Assembly (NCBI GenBank): GCA_027065825.1 | Contig: JAMONM010000058.1 | Span: forward strand, 38,958 to 102,957 | Direction of reading: 5' to 3' | Length of the DNA: 64,000 nucleotides | DNA from: Campylobacterales bacterium | Lineage (GTDB): Bacteria > Campylobacterota > Campylobacteria > Campylobacterales > Nitratiruptoraceae | Program-made: the position numbers and the translations under genes | The notes under the pieces: model-generated | Database searches by the model: none | The model's input: only the letters and a program-made list of their open reading frames with translations | Told to the model about the DNA's origin: nothing | Part shown: positions 29,521 to 40,793 of the stretch, in pieces | How positions within the stretch are numbered: the stretch's first letter is position 1 | Layout of the letters: the number at the start of each line of letters is the position of its first letter

Positions 29521-31104
29521 TTGAAAAATAGAGTATTGTCTGTTATCGAAAAGAGACTAGGCAAAAAGGTGGTTTTAGAAAAACCCAAAGATAAAAAGTT
29601 CGGTCACTACGCGACTCCAGTGGCCTTTTCCATGGCCAAGGAGCTCAGAAAACCGCCCTTTGAGATAGCCAAAGAGCTGTGCGAAAAACTCAAATCCGAG
29701 GAGATATTCGCGGAAGTAGAGCCTCTAAAAGGGTATATCAATTTCAGGCTAAGCGAAGATTTCCTCGATAGTTACGCAACCGCCGTTTTAAAAAATCCCG
29801 AGCGGATTATCTCTCCGATTGGTAACGAAAAAATTCTTTTGGAATTCGTCAGCGCCAACCCAACCGGACCGTTGCATATAGGACACGCCAGAGGGGCGGT
29901 GATCGGAGACGCTCTTTATAGAATGGGCAAAGCTTTGGGATACGAGATAAAAAGAGAGTACTACATAAACGATCACGGAAGCCAGGTTTATAAACTGGGA
30001 CTATCTATCTATCTGGCCGGCAGAGAGTCCATGGGGCATGAGGTTACCTGGCCGGAGGGCTGCTACAGGGGCGAGTACGTATACGATCTGGCGCGTGACG
30101 CCATGGAGACTCTGGGAAGAGACCATTTCGTAGATGAGAGTTCCGTTTCGCGGCTGGCCGAGTGGGGCAAAGACCGCATGATGGAGCTGATCGTAAGGGA
30201 TCTTGAAAAGGTCGGAATATACTTTGACTCTTTCGTGAGCGAAAAGAGTCTTTACGATATGTGGCCCAAGGTAAGAACCGTTTTGGAAGAGCGAGAGGCT
30301 CTTTACGAGAAGGATTCCAAAATCTGGCTAAGATCGACGAGATTCGGAGACGAAAAAGACAGGGTTGTAGTCAGAGAGGACGGCAGACCAACGTATTTAG
30401 CCGGAGACATCATATATCACTATCAAAAATTCAAACGCTCCTTCGATAGATATATAAATATCTGGGGAGCGGATCATCACGGATATATAGCCAGAGTCAA
30501 GGCGGCTATAGAGTTTTTGGGTTTCGACTCTTCGAAACTGGAGATAGTATTGGCTCAGATGGTGAGTCTGCTAAAGGGGTCTGAGCCGTTTAAAATGAGC
30601 AAAAGGGCGGGCAACTATATACTTATGAGCGACGTCGTGGAAGAGATAGGCAAAGATGCCCTTAGATTTATGTTTCTATCCAAAAAGTCCGACACTCATC
30701 TGGAGTTCGACGTAGAGACGCTAAAACAGCAAGACGCCTCCAATCCGGTTTACTATATAAACTACGCCCACGCGAGAGTCTATTCTCTGTTCGAAAAGGC
30801 CGGAGCAGAGTTCGGCGACGTGATCGAGGTGGAGCTCAAGAATATGAACGAGGAGGCTAAAGATCTGCTTTTTAGCGCTCTTTTACTGCCTGAAGTGGTC
30901 GAAGAGGCCTTTTTAAAACGAGAAGCCAACAGGGTTACCGATTATCTGAAGGCTCTGGCGGCGCAGTTTCACAGGTTCTATAATGAAAACAGAGTCTTGG
31001 GGTCTCAAAAAGAGCGCGAGTTGATGAAGCTTTTCGCGACCGTGGCCGTCTCTATAAATAAAGGTTTGGAACTGCTCGGTATCGAAGCAAAAAAGAGAAT
31101 GTAA
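29521..31104 (+). CDS. argS: Arginine--tRNA ligase
   Basis: EFVSANPTGPLHIGH, WGADHHGY, KMSKRAG, YYINYAHAR motifs. Confidence 0.98.
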   Translation: MKNRVLSVIEKRLGKKVVLEKPKDKKFGHYATPVAFSMAKELRKPPFEIAKELCEKLKSEEIFAEVEPLKGYINFRLSEDFLDSYATAVLKNPERIISPIGNEKILLEFVSANPTGPLHIGHARGAVIGDALYRMGKALGYEIKREYYINDHGSQVYKLGLSIYLAGRESMGHEVTWPEGCYRGEYVYDLARDAMETLGRDHFVDESSVSRLAEWGKDRMMELIVRDLEKVGIYFDSFVSEKSLYDMWPKVRTVLEEREALYEKDSKIWLRSTRFGDEKDRVVVREDGRPTYLAGDIIYHYQKFKRSFDRYINIWGADHHGYIARVKAAIEFLGFDSSKLEIVLAQMVSLLKGSEPFKMSKRAGNYILMSDVVEEIGKDALRFMFLSKKSDTHLEFDVETLKQQDASNPVYYINYAHARVYSLFEKAGAEFGDVIEVELKNMNEEAKDLLFSALLLPEVVEEAFLKREANRVTDYLKALAAQFHRFYNENRVLGSQKERELMKLFATVAVSINKGLELLGIEAKKRM

Positions 31105-31113
31105 AGGAGCCAG

Positions 31114-31443
31114 ATGGCCCGACTTGAAAGCAGAAGCGAGAGAATCGTAAATATTTTGGAGGATAAAAAGGGCGAGGACGTTCTTTTTATAGATCTTAGA
31201 GGGAGCGGATATTTCGTTGACGCGGTCATTATAGCCACCTCTTTGAGCGACAAACACACCCAGGCTCTGCTGGACACTCTAAAGGAGAGGCTAAAACCGC
31301 TCGGCGAGGAGTTTTTGAAGATTCAGGAGGGAGAGGAGTGGATAGTCGTGGATCTTGGCGACATTCTTATCCATCTGATGACAAAGCGTTACAGAGAGAG
31401 ATATAACATCGAACAGTTTTTGGAAGAGCTCAAAGAGCGTTGA
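31114..31443 (+). CDS. rsfS: Ribosome silencing factor
   Basis: LEDKKGEDV, WIVVDLGDILIHLM, YNIE motifs. Confidence 0.94.
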   Translation: MARLESRSERIVNILEDKKGEDVLFIDLRGSGYFVDAVIIATSLSDKHTQALLDTLKERLKPLGEEFLKIQEGEEWIVVDLGDILIHLMTKRYRERYNIEQFLEELKER

Positions 31444-31975
31444 TCTTTTTGTAAAATCTATATATTTCCGAAGCTACTGGTTTGGGGAGATATCGTTTGG
31501 TTACTTTTCCTCTAAGCCTTGTGGAGCTGATTGGAACGCTCACGGACAGGATCTTGAACTTTTGCGGAATCCTGATCCGATTTCTCGTGGCCACCACGAA
31601 CTCCGCCCTTTTTGAGAGCTTTTTATAGCTTTTCCATCTTGTCAAATCCTTTAGGTTGTCCGCCCCTATTATCAGATAGAGTTTCTGCGGAGCGAATTTT
31701 CGTCTGAGATACTCTACCGTTTCTATGGTGTAGGTGGCTCTTTGCCGCTCGATTTCAAAATCGCAGACTCTTACTTTTTTGAAGCTTTTTAGGGCCTTTT
31801 TGAGCCATACGATCTTTTTTCGCGGCGGAGCGTAAAACCCTTTTTTGAAAGGATTTACATACGTCGGCACCACTACGAGCAGATCGATGTCCAGCTCTTT
31901 TAGGGCCTCTTTGACTACGCTTAGATGTCCTACGTGGGGCGGATCGAAACTTCCGCCAAAAAGCGCTATTTTCAT
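31430..31975 (-). CDS. nadD: Nicotinate-nucleotide adenylyltransferase
   Basis: GGSFDPPHVGH, YTIET, IGADN, ISSTRLR motifs. Confidence 0.96.
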   Translation of the reverse strand: MKIALFGGSFDPPHVGHLSVVKEALKELDIDLLVVVPTYVNPFKKGFYAPPRKKIVWLKKALKSFKKVRVCDFEIERQRATYTIETVEYLRRKFAPQKLYLIIGADNLKDLTRWKSYKKLSKRAEFVVATRNRIRIPQKFKILSVSVPISSTRLRGKVTKRYLPKPVASEIYRFYKKINAL

Positions 31976-32055
31976 CGGTTCCGTTCCGGTTTTGGATTAG
32001 AGTTATTTTATCTTTTTTTAGATAAAATAAGCAAAATTTTTTAAAGGCGAAAAGG

Positions 32056-33054
32056 GTGGGGATACGTGTAGCTGTAAACGGTTTTGGACGTATTGGAAGA
32101 AGCCTTGCGCGGGTTTTGTTGAAAAGAGAGGATATCGATCTTGTGGCCGTAAACGATCTGGCGCCGGTGGAGCAGGCCGCTTATTTGCTATCGTTCGATT
32201 CTGTTCACGGACGGTTTGAAGGTTCTGTGGAGTATGAAGAGGGCAGACTGATAGTAGACTCTGTTGAGATAGCATATTCCAACTCCGCTGATCCCATGGA
32301 GCTGGATTTCGTCTCTTTGGGCGCCGATGTGGTCATAGAGTGTACCGGCCGTTTTCTGACCTCCAAAGAGGTCGAACATCATATAAAAAAGGGGGTAAAG
32401 AGGGTTATAATCTCGGCTCCCGCAAAGGACGACACCCCCACTTTCGTTTTAGGCGTAAACGAAGGGGAGTACGCCGGAGAAAAGATCATCTCCAACGCCA
32501 GCTGTACCACCAACTGCTTGGCGCCCGTGGCTAAAATTTTGAACGAGCGGTTCGGTATCCAAAAGGGACTCATAACCACGGTTCACAGCTACACTTACGA
32601 TCAAAATCTGTTGGACAACTCCCATCGGCGCGATCTGCGCAGGGCCAGAGCAGCCGCTTTGAATATGGTCCCTACCACGACAGGAGCGGCCAGGGCTATA
32701 GAGAGGGTTTTACCGGCTTTAAAAGGAAAACTCGACGGCAGGAGCGTTAGGGTTCCGGTGGCCGACGTATCCCTGCTGGATTTTGACGTTCTTCTTTCAA
32801 GAAGGACTACGCCGCAGGAGCTAAGGAGCCTTTTTGGGGAGTATGCCTCGGGTTCAATGCGTGGTATCTTGGGAATAGACCGAAACTTCGGCGTATCCGG
32901 AGATTTTATAGGTTCGGCTTACAGCTGTGTGGTTGCCGAGGATCTGATTCAGGTGGTGGAGGGTGATATGGTCAAGATTATGTGCTGGTACGACAACGAG
33001 TGGGGATACGCCAACAGACTGGCCGATATGGCCAAATATATAACAACGGTTTGA
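32056..33054 (+). CDS. gap: Type I glyceraldehyde-3-phosphate dehydrogenase
   Basis: NGFGRIGR, SNASCTTNC, WYDNEWGY motifs. Confidence 0.97.
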   Translation: MGIRVAVNGFGRIGRSLARVLLKREDIDLVAVNDLAPVEQAAYLLSFDSVHGRFEGSVEYEEGRLIVDSVEIAYSNSADPMELDFVSLGADVVIECTGRFLTSKEVEHHIKKGVKRVIISAPAKDDTPTFVLGVNEGEYAGEKIISNASCTTNCLAPVAKILNERFGIQKGLITTVHSYTYDQNLLDNSHRRDLRRARAAALNMVPTTTGAARAIERVLPALKGKLDGRSVRVPVADVSLLDFDVLLSRRTTPQELRSLFGEYASGSMRGILGIDRNFGVSGDFIGSAYSCVVAEDLIQVVEGDMVKIMCWYDNEWGYANRLADMAKYITTV

Positions 33055-33072
33055 AACCGTCAAAGGAGAGAT

Positions 33073-34274
33073 ATGCATATAAAATCGGTCAAAGAACTGG
33101 AGCTCGCCAAGTCTTCCGTTTTTATCAGATGCGATTTTAACGTTCCTATGGACGAATTCGGCAATATTACCGACGATAGAAGAATCAGATCGGCTCTGCA
33201 GACCATCAGATACTGTCTCGATCACGACTGCAAGATAGTTCTGGCCTCTCATCTGGGCAGACCCAAGGGTTACGATGAGAAATTCTCTCTAAAACCGGTT
33301 GCAAAGAGGCTTCATACGCTGCTAAAGCAGGATATTTTAATGGCCAGGGACGTGGTTGGGGAAGACGCCAGATCCAAATTTTCCTCCTTGAAAGAGGGGC
33401 AGATTTTGCTTTTGGAGAATCTGCGCTTTGAAAGAGGAGAGACCAAAAACGATCCTGAATTCGCGAAGAAACTGAGGGAGTTCGGGGAGTTTTATATAAA
33501 CGACGCCTTCGGAGTCAGTCACAGAGCCCACGCCTCGGTGGAGGCCATAACCCATCTGTACGACGAGGCGCACAAAGCGGCCGGCTTTTTGCTGCTTAAA
33601 GAGATTCAGTTTTTTCATCATCTGCTGAAAAGACCTACGAGACCTTTCGTGGCGGTTGTCGGCGGAAGCAAGGTCTCAAGCAAACTCAAAGCGCTGATCA
33701 ATCTGCTGCCGAAAGTGGACAAGATGCTAATAGGCGGCGGAATGGCCTTTACTTTTCTCAAGGCGCTGGGCGAAGAGGTCGGAAACTCGATAGTGGAAGA
33801 GGATCTGATAAATGATGCGCTAAATATTATAGACGAAGCTAAGAGATTGGGCGTCAAACTCTATCTGCCGGTAGATTTCGTTGTGTCTCAGACCTTTAGC
33901 GAGGAGTCGCCGATCAAATACGTCACCTACAAGGAGATTCCGAAAGGTTGGATGGGGCTGGATATAGGCCCGGCCACGGTAAGGCTCTTTAGAGAGGCGC
34001 TAAACGACGCTCAGACGATTTTGTGGAACGGTCCGATGGGAGTTTACGAAATGGACAAGTTCGCAAGGGGCAGTATACAGCTTTCCCATTTCATAGCACA
34101 AAGTTACGCCACGAAGGTCATCGGCGGCGGAGATACGGCCGATCTGGTCCAAAGGGCCGGAGATGACGAGGAGATGACCTTCATCTCTACGGGCGGTGGC
34201 GCCAGTTTGGAGCTGTTGGAAGGAAAAACTCTGCCTGGAGTGGCGGCATTGATGACGGATAACGGAGAAGACGA

Positions 34275-34278
<4 letters not shown>
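33073..34278 (+). CDS. pgk: Phosphoglycerate kinase
   Basis: [35 protein letters not shown] motifs. Confidence 0.98.
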
Positions 34279-35820
<1,542 letters not shown>

Positions 35821-35954
35821 CATTTATCTTTAAATTAAGGAAAAATCGTCCCTTTAGCCGAAAAAAATAACATTTTTATAACATTTTTTTAAGATTTCTT
35901 TGTTATAATCACCGTGTGAAATGCACTAAATTTCAAAATCTCAAAGGAGTAAGA

Positions 35955-37295
35955 ATGAAGATTGCAAAACTTAGTCTTGCAGCGTTGATGGCATTGGGTG
36001 TTTCTGCCTTCGCCGAAGTACAAAACATAAAAGTAAGCGGAGATGCGAAACTATTTTACGGAACTCAAGACGCTGATTACGAGCAAGTAGGAGCTAGACC
36101 AGCCAGAGGCGATCTGTTCAGCGACAACGACAGCTACGGACAGGCTGCTTTGAATATAGGCGTAACCGCCAATTTGGCCGACAGCGTTCAGGGCAAGGTT
36201 GCTTTAACGGCTCTATCCACTTTGGGACTGGAAAACAATCTGGTTAGCCAAGTATGGGCCGGACAGACCACTAATACCGTTTGGTGGGCATCCGAAGCCT
36301 GGTTGGCCAAAACCTTCAGCAAAACTACGGTAAAAGTAGGTAGACAAGAGCTCGATACTCCTCTAGCTTTCAGCGAAAAGTGGAATATCGCTACAAACAC
36401 CTTCGACGCGATCGTTGTATTGAACCAAGATCTTCCTGAAACCACTCTCGTTGGAGCTTATGTGGGTAGAGGCAACGGCGTTAACGGAATGGGTGTCGTT
36501 AGAACTACAGACAACGACGGAAACACTTCCGGAGATTTCTTTAGAACTTACGGTTCTGCTATAGACGATACTCTTGAGACCGATCTTGCCAGCGGAGCTT
36601 ATGCGGCAGGTATCATTACCACTGCCATTCCGAACACTACCGCTCAGGCTTGGTACTACAACGTAAACAACATAGCTACTGCTTACTGGCTGCAGGCCGA
36701 CGTAAACCTAAAAGATGTTCTTGCCGGTTTGATATTTGGCCTTCAGTACGCCAACCTGAACCCAGACAACAAAGTTGACGCGGCTGCCGGAACGTCGGTA
36801 GACTCTTCCAGCGGATGGGGCGCAAAAATCGGCTTTGACTTCAAAGACGCTCTTCCCGGTCTGAAAGCTTGCGTAGCCTACTCTTCTACTGACGAAGACG
36901 GAGCGGTCAGCCTCTCAAACACTGCGACCGGATTGACAGGCGAATCTAAGCTCTATACCGAAGCATGGTGGAACTACGGCTATGTTGCCAGACCTTCTAC
37001 CGATACTTGGAGCGTAAAAGTTAAATACGATATGAAAGACGTTGCGGAATTCGGAGCGTTCTACACCTCTGCCGATCAGGATACAGGTAAATTCGTAGCT
37101 ACTCCGGCTGATATGAACGAATTTGCACTAACGGCTACAAAAACATTTGGAAGCCTAAGCGCTACAATCGCTTACATCTATACTGATGCAGATGATCAAA
37201 ACTATATTGATGCTAACAATAATGGTGAGTGGGATCAAGGTGAAAAATCTGACAGCTACAACACTATTCAGCTATATCTGACTTACAACTTCTAA
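35955..37295 (+). CDS. Major outer-membrane porin (Campylobacterota MOMP-like beta-barrel)
   Basis: Signal peptide, amphipathic beta-strands, KVGRQELDTPL motif, C-terminal Phe (LTYNF). Start at ATG 35955 with AAGGAG RBS; strong terminator downstream. Confidence 0.85.
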   Translation: MKIAKLSLAALMALGVSAFAEVQNIKVSGDAKLFYGTQDADYEQVGARPARGDLFSDNDSYGQAALNIGVTANLADSVQGKVALTALSTLGLENNLVSQVWAGQTTNTVWWASEAWLAKTFSKTTVKVGRQELDTPLAFSEKWNIATNTFDAIVVLNQDLPETTLVGAYVGRGNGVNGMGVVRTTDNDGNTSGDFFRTYGSAIDDTLETDLASGAYAAGIITTAIPNTTAQAWYYNVNNIATAYWLQADVNLKDVLAGLIFGLQYANLNPDNKVDAAAGTSVDSSSGWGAKIGFDFKDALPGLKACVAYSSTDEDGAVSLSNTATGLTGESKLYTEAWWNYGYVARPSTDTWSVKVKYDMKDVAEFGAFYTSADQDTGKFVATPADMNEFALTATKTFGSLSATIAYIYTDADDQNYIDANNNGEWDQGEKSDSYNTIQLYLTYNF

Positions 37296-37308
37296 GTCGC
37301 CTTTTAAC

Positions 37309-37346
37309 GCCCAAAGAGCTTTTGAGGCTCTTTGGGCTTTTTTTTT
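37309..37346 (+). terminator. Intrinsic terminator of the porin gene
   Basis: GCCCAAAGAGC-N7-GCTCTTTGGGC followed by T9. Confidence 0.92.
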
Positions 37347-37399
37347 GGTTTTTTCGTGAGATTTTGTTAAAATCTGACTAAAAAACCTAAGGATTTCCT

Positions 37400-37951
37400 A
37401 TGAAAAAGAGCGCTCTTTTAGCTTTCTTCGTCGTCGCACTTTTTGGGGCCGAATATATCACTCTCAACAACGGAAAAACGATTTTGTTAAAGGATGACGG
37501 TACGTGGGAAGAAGTTACCATCGTTAAAAAGGGCGATAAAAACATCGCTTTGAGAAAAGACGGAAAGTGGGAGGAGGTTAAGCCCGACGATATTGAGTCG
37601 GCCGACGTGCTAAAGGGCGGCGGTACGGATAGATTTATGGATTCTAAATTCGCCAAGGCTCTACTTGGTAAATGGGAGTCTCCCGACGGCAAGATCGAAT
37701 ACACCTTTACCAAAGACAAGGCGGTTTTTAAAAAAGGACCTAAAGTGGTTGAGGGAAAATGGAGCATCGAATATCTTGACGAGTCCAAAAGAAAGATGAT
37801 CGTCAATATCGGAGAAGGCGCGAGGCTGGGCTTTTTGTCTTTCGGCGGAATCGCCCGAAGCCTCAAATTCTCTCCCGATTTCGATAAACTTTACGACGAA
37901 AGCGAAAAGATGGAAAGCCTAAAGGACGTAGTGCTTTACCGAGTAAAATAG
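37400..37951 (+). CDS. Secreted hypothetical protein with a DUF3157-like N-terminal repeat
   Basis: Signal peptide; two tandem units ending LKDDGTWEEV / LRKDGKWEEV. Confidence 0.6.
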   Translation: MKKSALLAFFVVALFGAEYITLNNGKTILLKDDGTWEEVTIVKKGDKNIALRKDGKWEEVKPDDIESADVLKGGGTDRFMDSKFAKALLGKWESPDGKIEYTFTKDKAVFKKGPKVVEGKWSIEYLDESKRKMIVNIGEGARLGFLSFGGIARSLKFSPDFDKLYDESEKMESLKDVVLYRVK

Positions 37952-37955
37952 CTTT

Positions 37956-38918
37956 ATGAAGCTGCTTTTAAAAAAACTGCTCTATATAGGCTTGATGCTT
38001 TTAATTATCTCTTTAATCTCTTTCGGAGCCATCCATATGGCTCCGAACTCTTTCTTCAGCGCCGGCGAACTAAATCCGAACATAACTCCGGAGACTCTCG
38101 AACATCTAAAGAGAATATACGGTCTAGATAAACCTTTGTGGGAACAGTACCTTTCGTGGGTCTGGGCGATGCTGCATCTCGATTTCGGTATATCTTTCGC
38201 CACCGGCAAGAGCGTAACTCAGGAGATAGCCCAGCGCATAGGTGTTACTTTGGGAATCAATCTGGTGAGTATGAGTATAGTCTTTGCTCTTTCGCTCTAT
38301 CTGGGTATAAAGGCGGCGCTAAAGCAGGACAGCGTCTTTGATAGGACGGTAAAACAGTTTTCCCTGATCAGTTTTTCTATGCCCTCTTTTTATCTGGCTC
38401 TGCTCGTTATCATACTTTTTGCGGTTGAGCTAAAACTCTTTCCGATTGGAGGGCTGCACTCTTTAGAGCAAAAAAGCGGCGTATATTACTATCTCGATAT
38501 CGCTTGGCATCTGGTTTTGCCGATTTTCGTTATTGTTTTTGTAAGTTTCGGTTCGATGGCTATGTATGTGAGATCGTTGACGATTGAGATACTAAAGAGC
38601 GATTATATCTTTTTCGCCAAAGCCAGGGGTGCCGGCGAAAAAGAGATCGTAAAAAGATTCGTGTTGCCTAATCTCTCTCCGCCGTTGGTGACCGTTTTGG
38701 GACTCTCTCTGCCCGGTTTGATAGGCGGGAGCGTCATACTGGAGTCAATCTTCTCTATCAACGGTATGGGGCTGCTATTTTATCAGGCCGCGCTGGCCAG
38801 AGATTATCCGGTAATTATGGGTATTTTGATAATTACCTCTTTTTTGACGCTATTGGGAAACGTTTTGGCCGATCTTGCGATGCTTAGGTTAAATCCCTAT
38901 TTCAAAAGAGACTCTTAG
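37956..38918 (+). CDS. Peptide/nickel ABC transporter permease (DppB/OppB family)
   Basis: YGLDKPLWEQY, DFGISF, DYIFFAKARG EAA loop, ARDYPVIMG motifs. Confidence 0.93.
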   Translation: MKLLLKKLLYIGLMLLIISLISFGAIHMAPNSFFSAGELNPNITPETLEHLKRIYGLDKPLWEQYLSWVWAMLHLDFGISFATGKSVTQEIAQRIGVTLGINLVSMSIVFALSLYLGIKAALKQDSVFDRTVKQFSLISFSMPSFYLALLVIILFAVELKLFPIGGLHSLEQKSGVYYYLDIAWHLVLPIFVIVFVSFGSMAMYVRSLTIEILKSDYIFFAKARGAGEKEIVKRFVLPNLSPPLVTVLGLSLPGLIGGSVILESIFSINGMGLLFYQAALARDYPVIMGILIITSFLTLLGNVLADLAMLRLNPYFKRDS

Positions 38919-39198
38919 AGCGTAGAACTTTGTAATATCTGTAACTGCTCTTTTTGTAACAGCGCTCTTCGTATATGTGAAAGAGTTTGGCCAGACAATA
39001 TACGACTCCTCCGGCGAATATCGCAAAAGAGTAGTGGTTCCATGCTGCCGGATTGAAACTCAGACTAAGCAGCGAGGATATCTCAAACAGCAGCACGCTT
39101 TGCAATATGAAGTAGAATATGGGAGCGAAAATTCTGCACCTGCGCCTCTCTACGCCGTAGAGCCTTCGATTTAGGTCACTCTCTACTTTTGCGAACAT
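38902..39198 (-). CDS. Small hypothetical two-TM membrane protein
   Basis: Own TATAAT box and AAAGG RBS on the minus strand just after the nusA stop; two hydrophobic segments and a basic C-terminus. Confidence 0.55.
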   Translation of the reverse strand: MFAKVESDLNRRLYGVERRRCRIFAPIFYFILQSVLLFEISSLLSLSFNPAAWNHYSFAIFAGGVVYCLAKLFHIYEERCYKKSSYRYYKVLRSKSLF

Positions 39199-39260
39199 TG
39201 TGAGTACCTTTTGGGATTTTTTTGGATTATACCCCTTTTTAGTATAAATTGTGTAAAAAA

Positions 39261-40379
39261 CTACTCTTTAAACAGATCCTGCAGCGTGATTTTCGGTTTT
39301 TCCTCTTCGCTTACCGCCTCTTGGGTCGTTACTCCGGCCACTCCAGCTTTTTCTTGAAGCTCTATTTCGAAGCCGGTCAGCATCGAGGCGAGTCTGATAT
39401 TGATTCCGCTTTTTCCAATCGCTTTGGACTTTTGATCGGTTGGAATGGTTACCAGGGCCTTTTCCCCCTCTATTTTCACCGAAGATATTATCGCCGGACT
39501 AAGGCTTCTGGCCACGAATATTTCGGGTACCGGAGAGTATTCGATACAGTCGATGCTCTCTCCGTGCAGCTCCTTGCTGACAGCGTTTATTCTGACCCCT
39601 TTGACCCCTACGCAGGCTCCTATCGGATCTATCTGAGCCGAGGTCGAGGCTACGGCCACTTTTGCCCTTTCGCCGGGAATCCTGGCTACTTTTTCCACCG
39701 TTACCAGGTTATCTTTTATTTCCGGCACCTCCAGTTTGAGAAGCTCTTCCAGAAATTTCGGCGTGGTTCTAGATAACTCCAGATAGATGCCGTGAACCTT
39801 GTCGATCATAACCTTTTTCAAAATAGCTTTTATAACGTCGCCGGGTTCGAAACGCTCTCCCTTGATTCTGAATCTCATCGGCAAAATCGCTCTTACCTCG
39901 TCTATTTCGACAAAGGTGTTTTCGTCCCTGTCCACTCTGGTGACTGTACCGCTGATTATCTTTCCAACCCTGTTTTGGTATTTTCTAAACAGCTGCTCCT
40001 CTACCAGTCTTTGTATATGGTACTCTATCTCTCTTTGCAGATGCAAAGCCGCCGTTCTGCCGAGTCCTTCGAAATCTACAGGATATCTCAGCTCGTCGCC
40101 GGTTTCAACCTCCGGATCTATCTGCTTGGCTTCGGATAGCGTTATGTATCTTTCGCCGTCTTCTTGGGCCTTTTCGCTATCGTCCTCCACTACGATTACC
40201 TTTTGATATACGTTTACGCTTTTGCTCTGTTTGTCTATATCCACGTCGAATTCCAGATCTTCTCCCAAAACTCTTTTAGCCGTTTTTATTATCGCCCTTT
40301 TGACGGCCTCGACCACATCTTCCGTTTCGAGGCTCTTTTCGTGGGCTATCGAATCGATTATGTCTATTATCTTTTCCAT
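39261..40379 (-). CDS. nusA: Transcription termination factor NusA
   Basis: S1 and KH domains; ARIPGERAKVAV, DPIGACVGVKGVRI, KAIGKSGINIRLA motifs. Confidence 0.98.
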   Translation of the reverse strand: MEKIIDIIDSIAHEKSLETEDVVEAVKRAIIKTAKRVLGEDLEFDVDIDKQSKSVNVYQKVIVVEDDSEKAQEDGERYITLSEAKQIDPEVETGDELRYPVDFEGLGRTAALHLQREIEYHIQRLVEEQLFRKYQNRVGKIISGTVTRVDRDENTFVEIDEVRAILPMRFRIKGERFEPGDVIKAILKKVMIDKVHGIYLELSRTTPKFLEELLKLEVPEIKDNLVTVEKVARIPGERAKVAVASTSAQIDPIGACVGVKGVRINAVSKELHGESIDCIEYSPVPEIFVARSLSPAIISSVKIEGEKALVTIPTDQKSKAIGKSGINIRLASMLTGFEIELQEKAGVAGVTTQEAVSEEEKPKITLQDLFKE

Positions 40380-40538
40380 TGCGTTTCCTCAAAATATTTC
40401 GGTTGATTGTTCATACGTGCGGAAGCTCTTTGAAGCAGCCAAATTTTACTCTTTTTTTACTTGCATAGAGATTAAGTCCAACAAGACGCCGCAGGGCACT
40501 TTTTTGATATAATACCAAAAAATCTTTAAAGGGACTAA

Positions 40539-40784
40539 ATGGAACTGAAAATTGCCAGAAGCGAACTGAAAAACAAGCCAAAAACCATCACTCTCGACAA
40601 AATAGAGGAGGAGGTGGAAAAAGAGGGCGAAAGAATATTCTATTTCGACAGAGAGAACGCCCACAAGGATCTGGTCGAGCTGGTGGAGCATTTCGAAAAC
40701 AGAGGATATAGCGTATATCTCAGAGAGGTAAAATACGGATTGGACGACAACGATTATCTCTATGAAGTCCACATTCTAAAATAA
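40539..40784 (+). CDS. HP0268-family nuclease
   Basis: MELKIAR...FYFDRENAHKDL...YLYEVHIL; position between nusA and miaB. Confidence 0.85.
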   Translation: MELKIARSELKNKPKTITLDKIEEEVEKEGERIFYFDRENAHKDLVELVEHFENRGYSVYLREVKYGLDDNDYLYEVHILK

Positions 40785-40793
40785 GGAACGGCG

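Noticed and set aside
40400-40505. Possible SRP RNA or structured nusA leader (GAAGCAGCCAA; TGCGG/CCGCA pairing)
   Set aside because: The 5' CAGG/GNRA half of SRP helix 8 is absent. A TAAAAT box at 40443-40448 (minus strand) gives nusA a short leader that excludes the long pairing.
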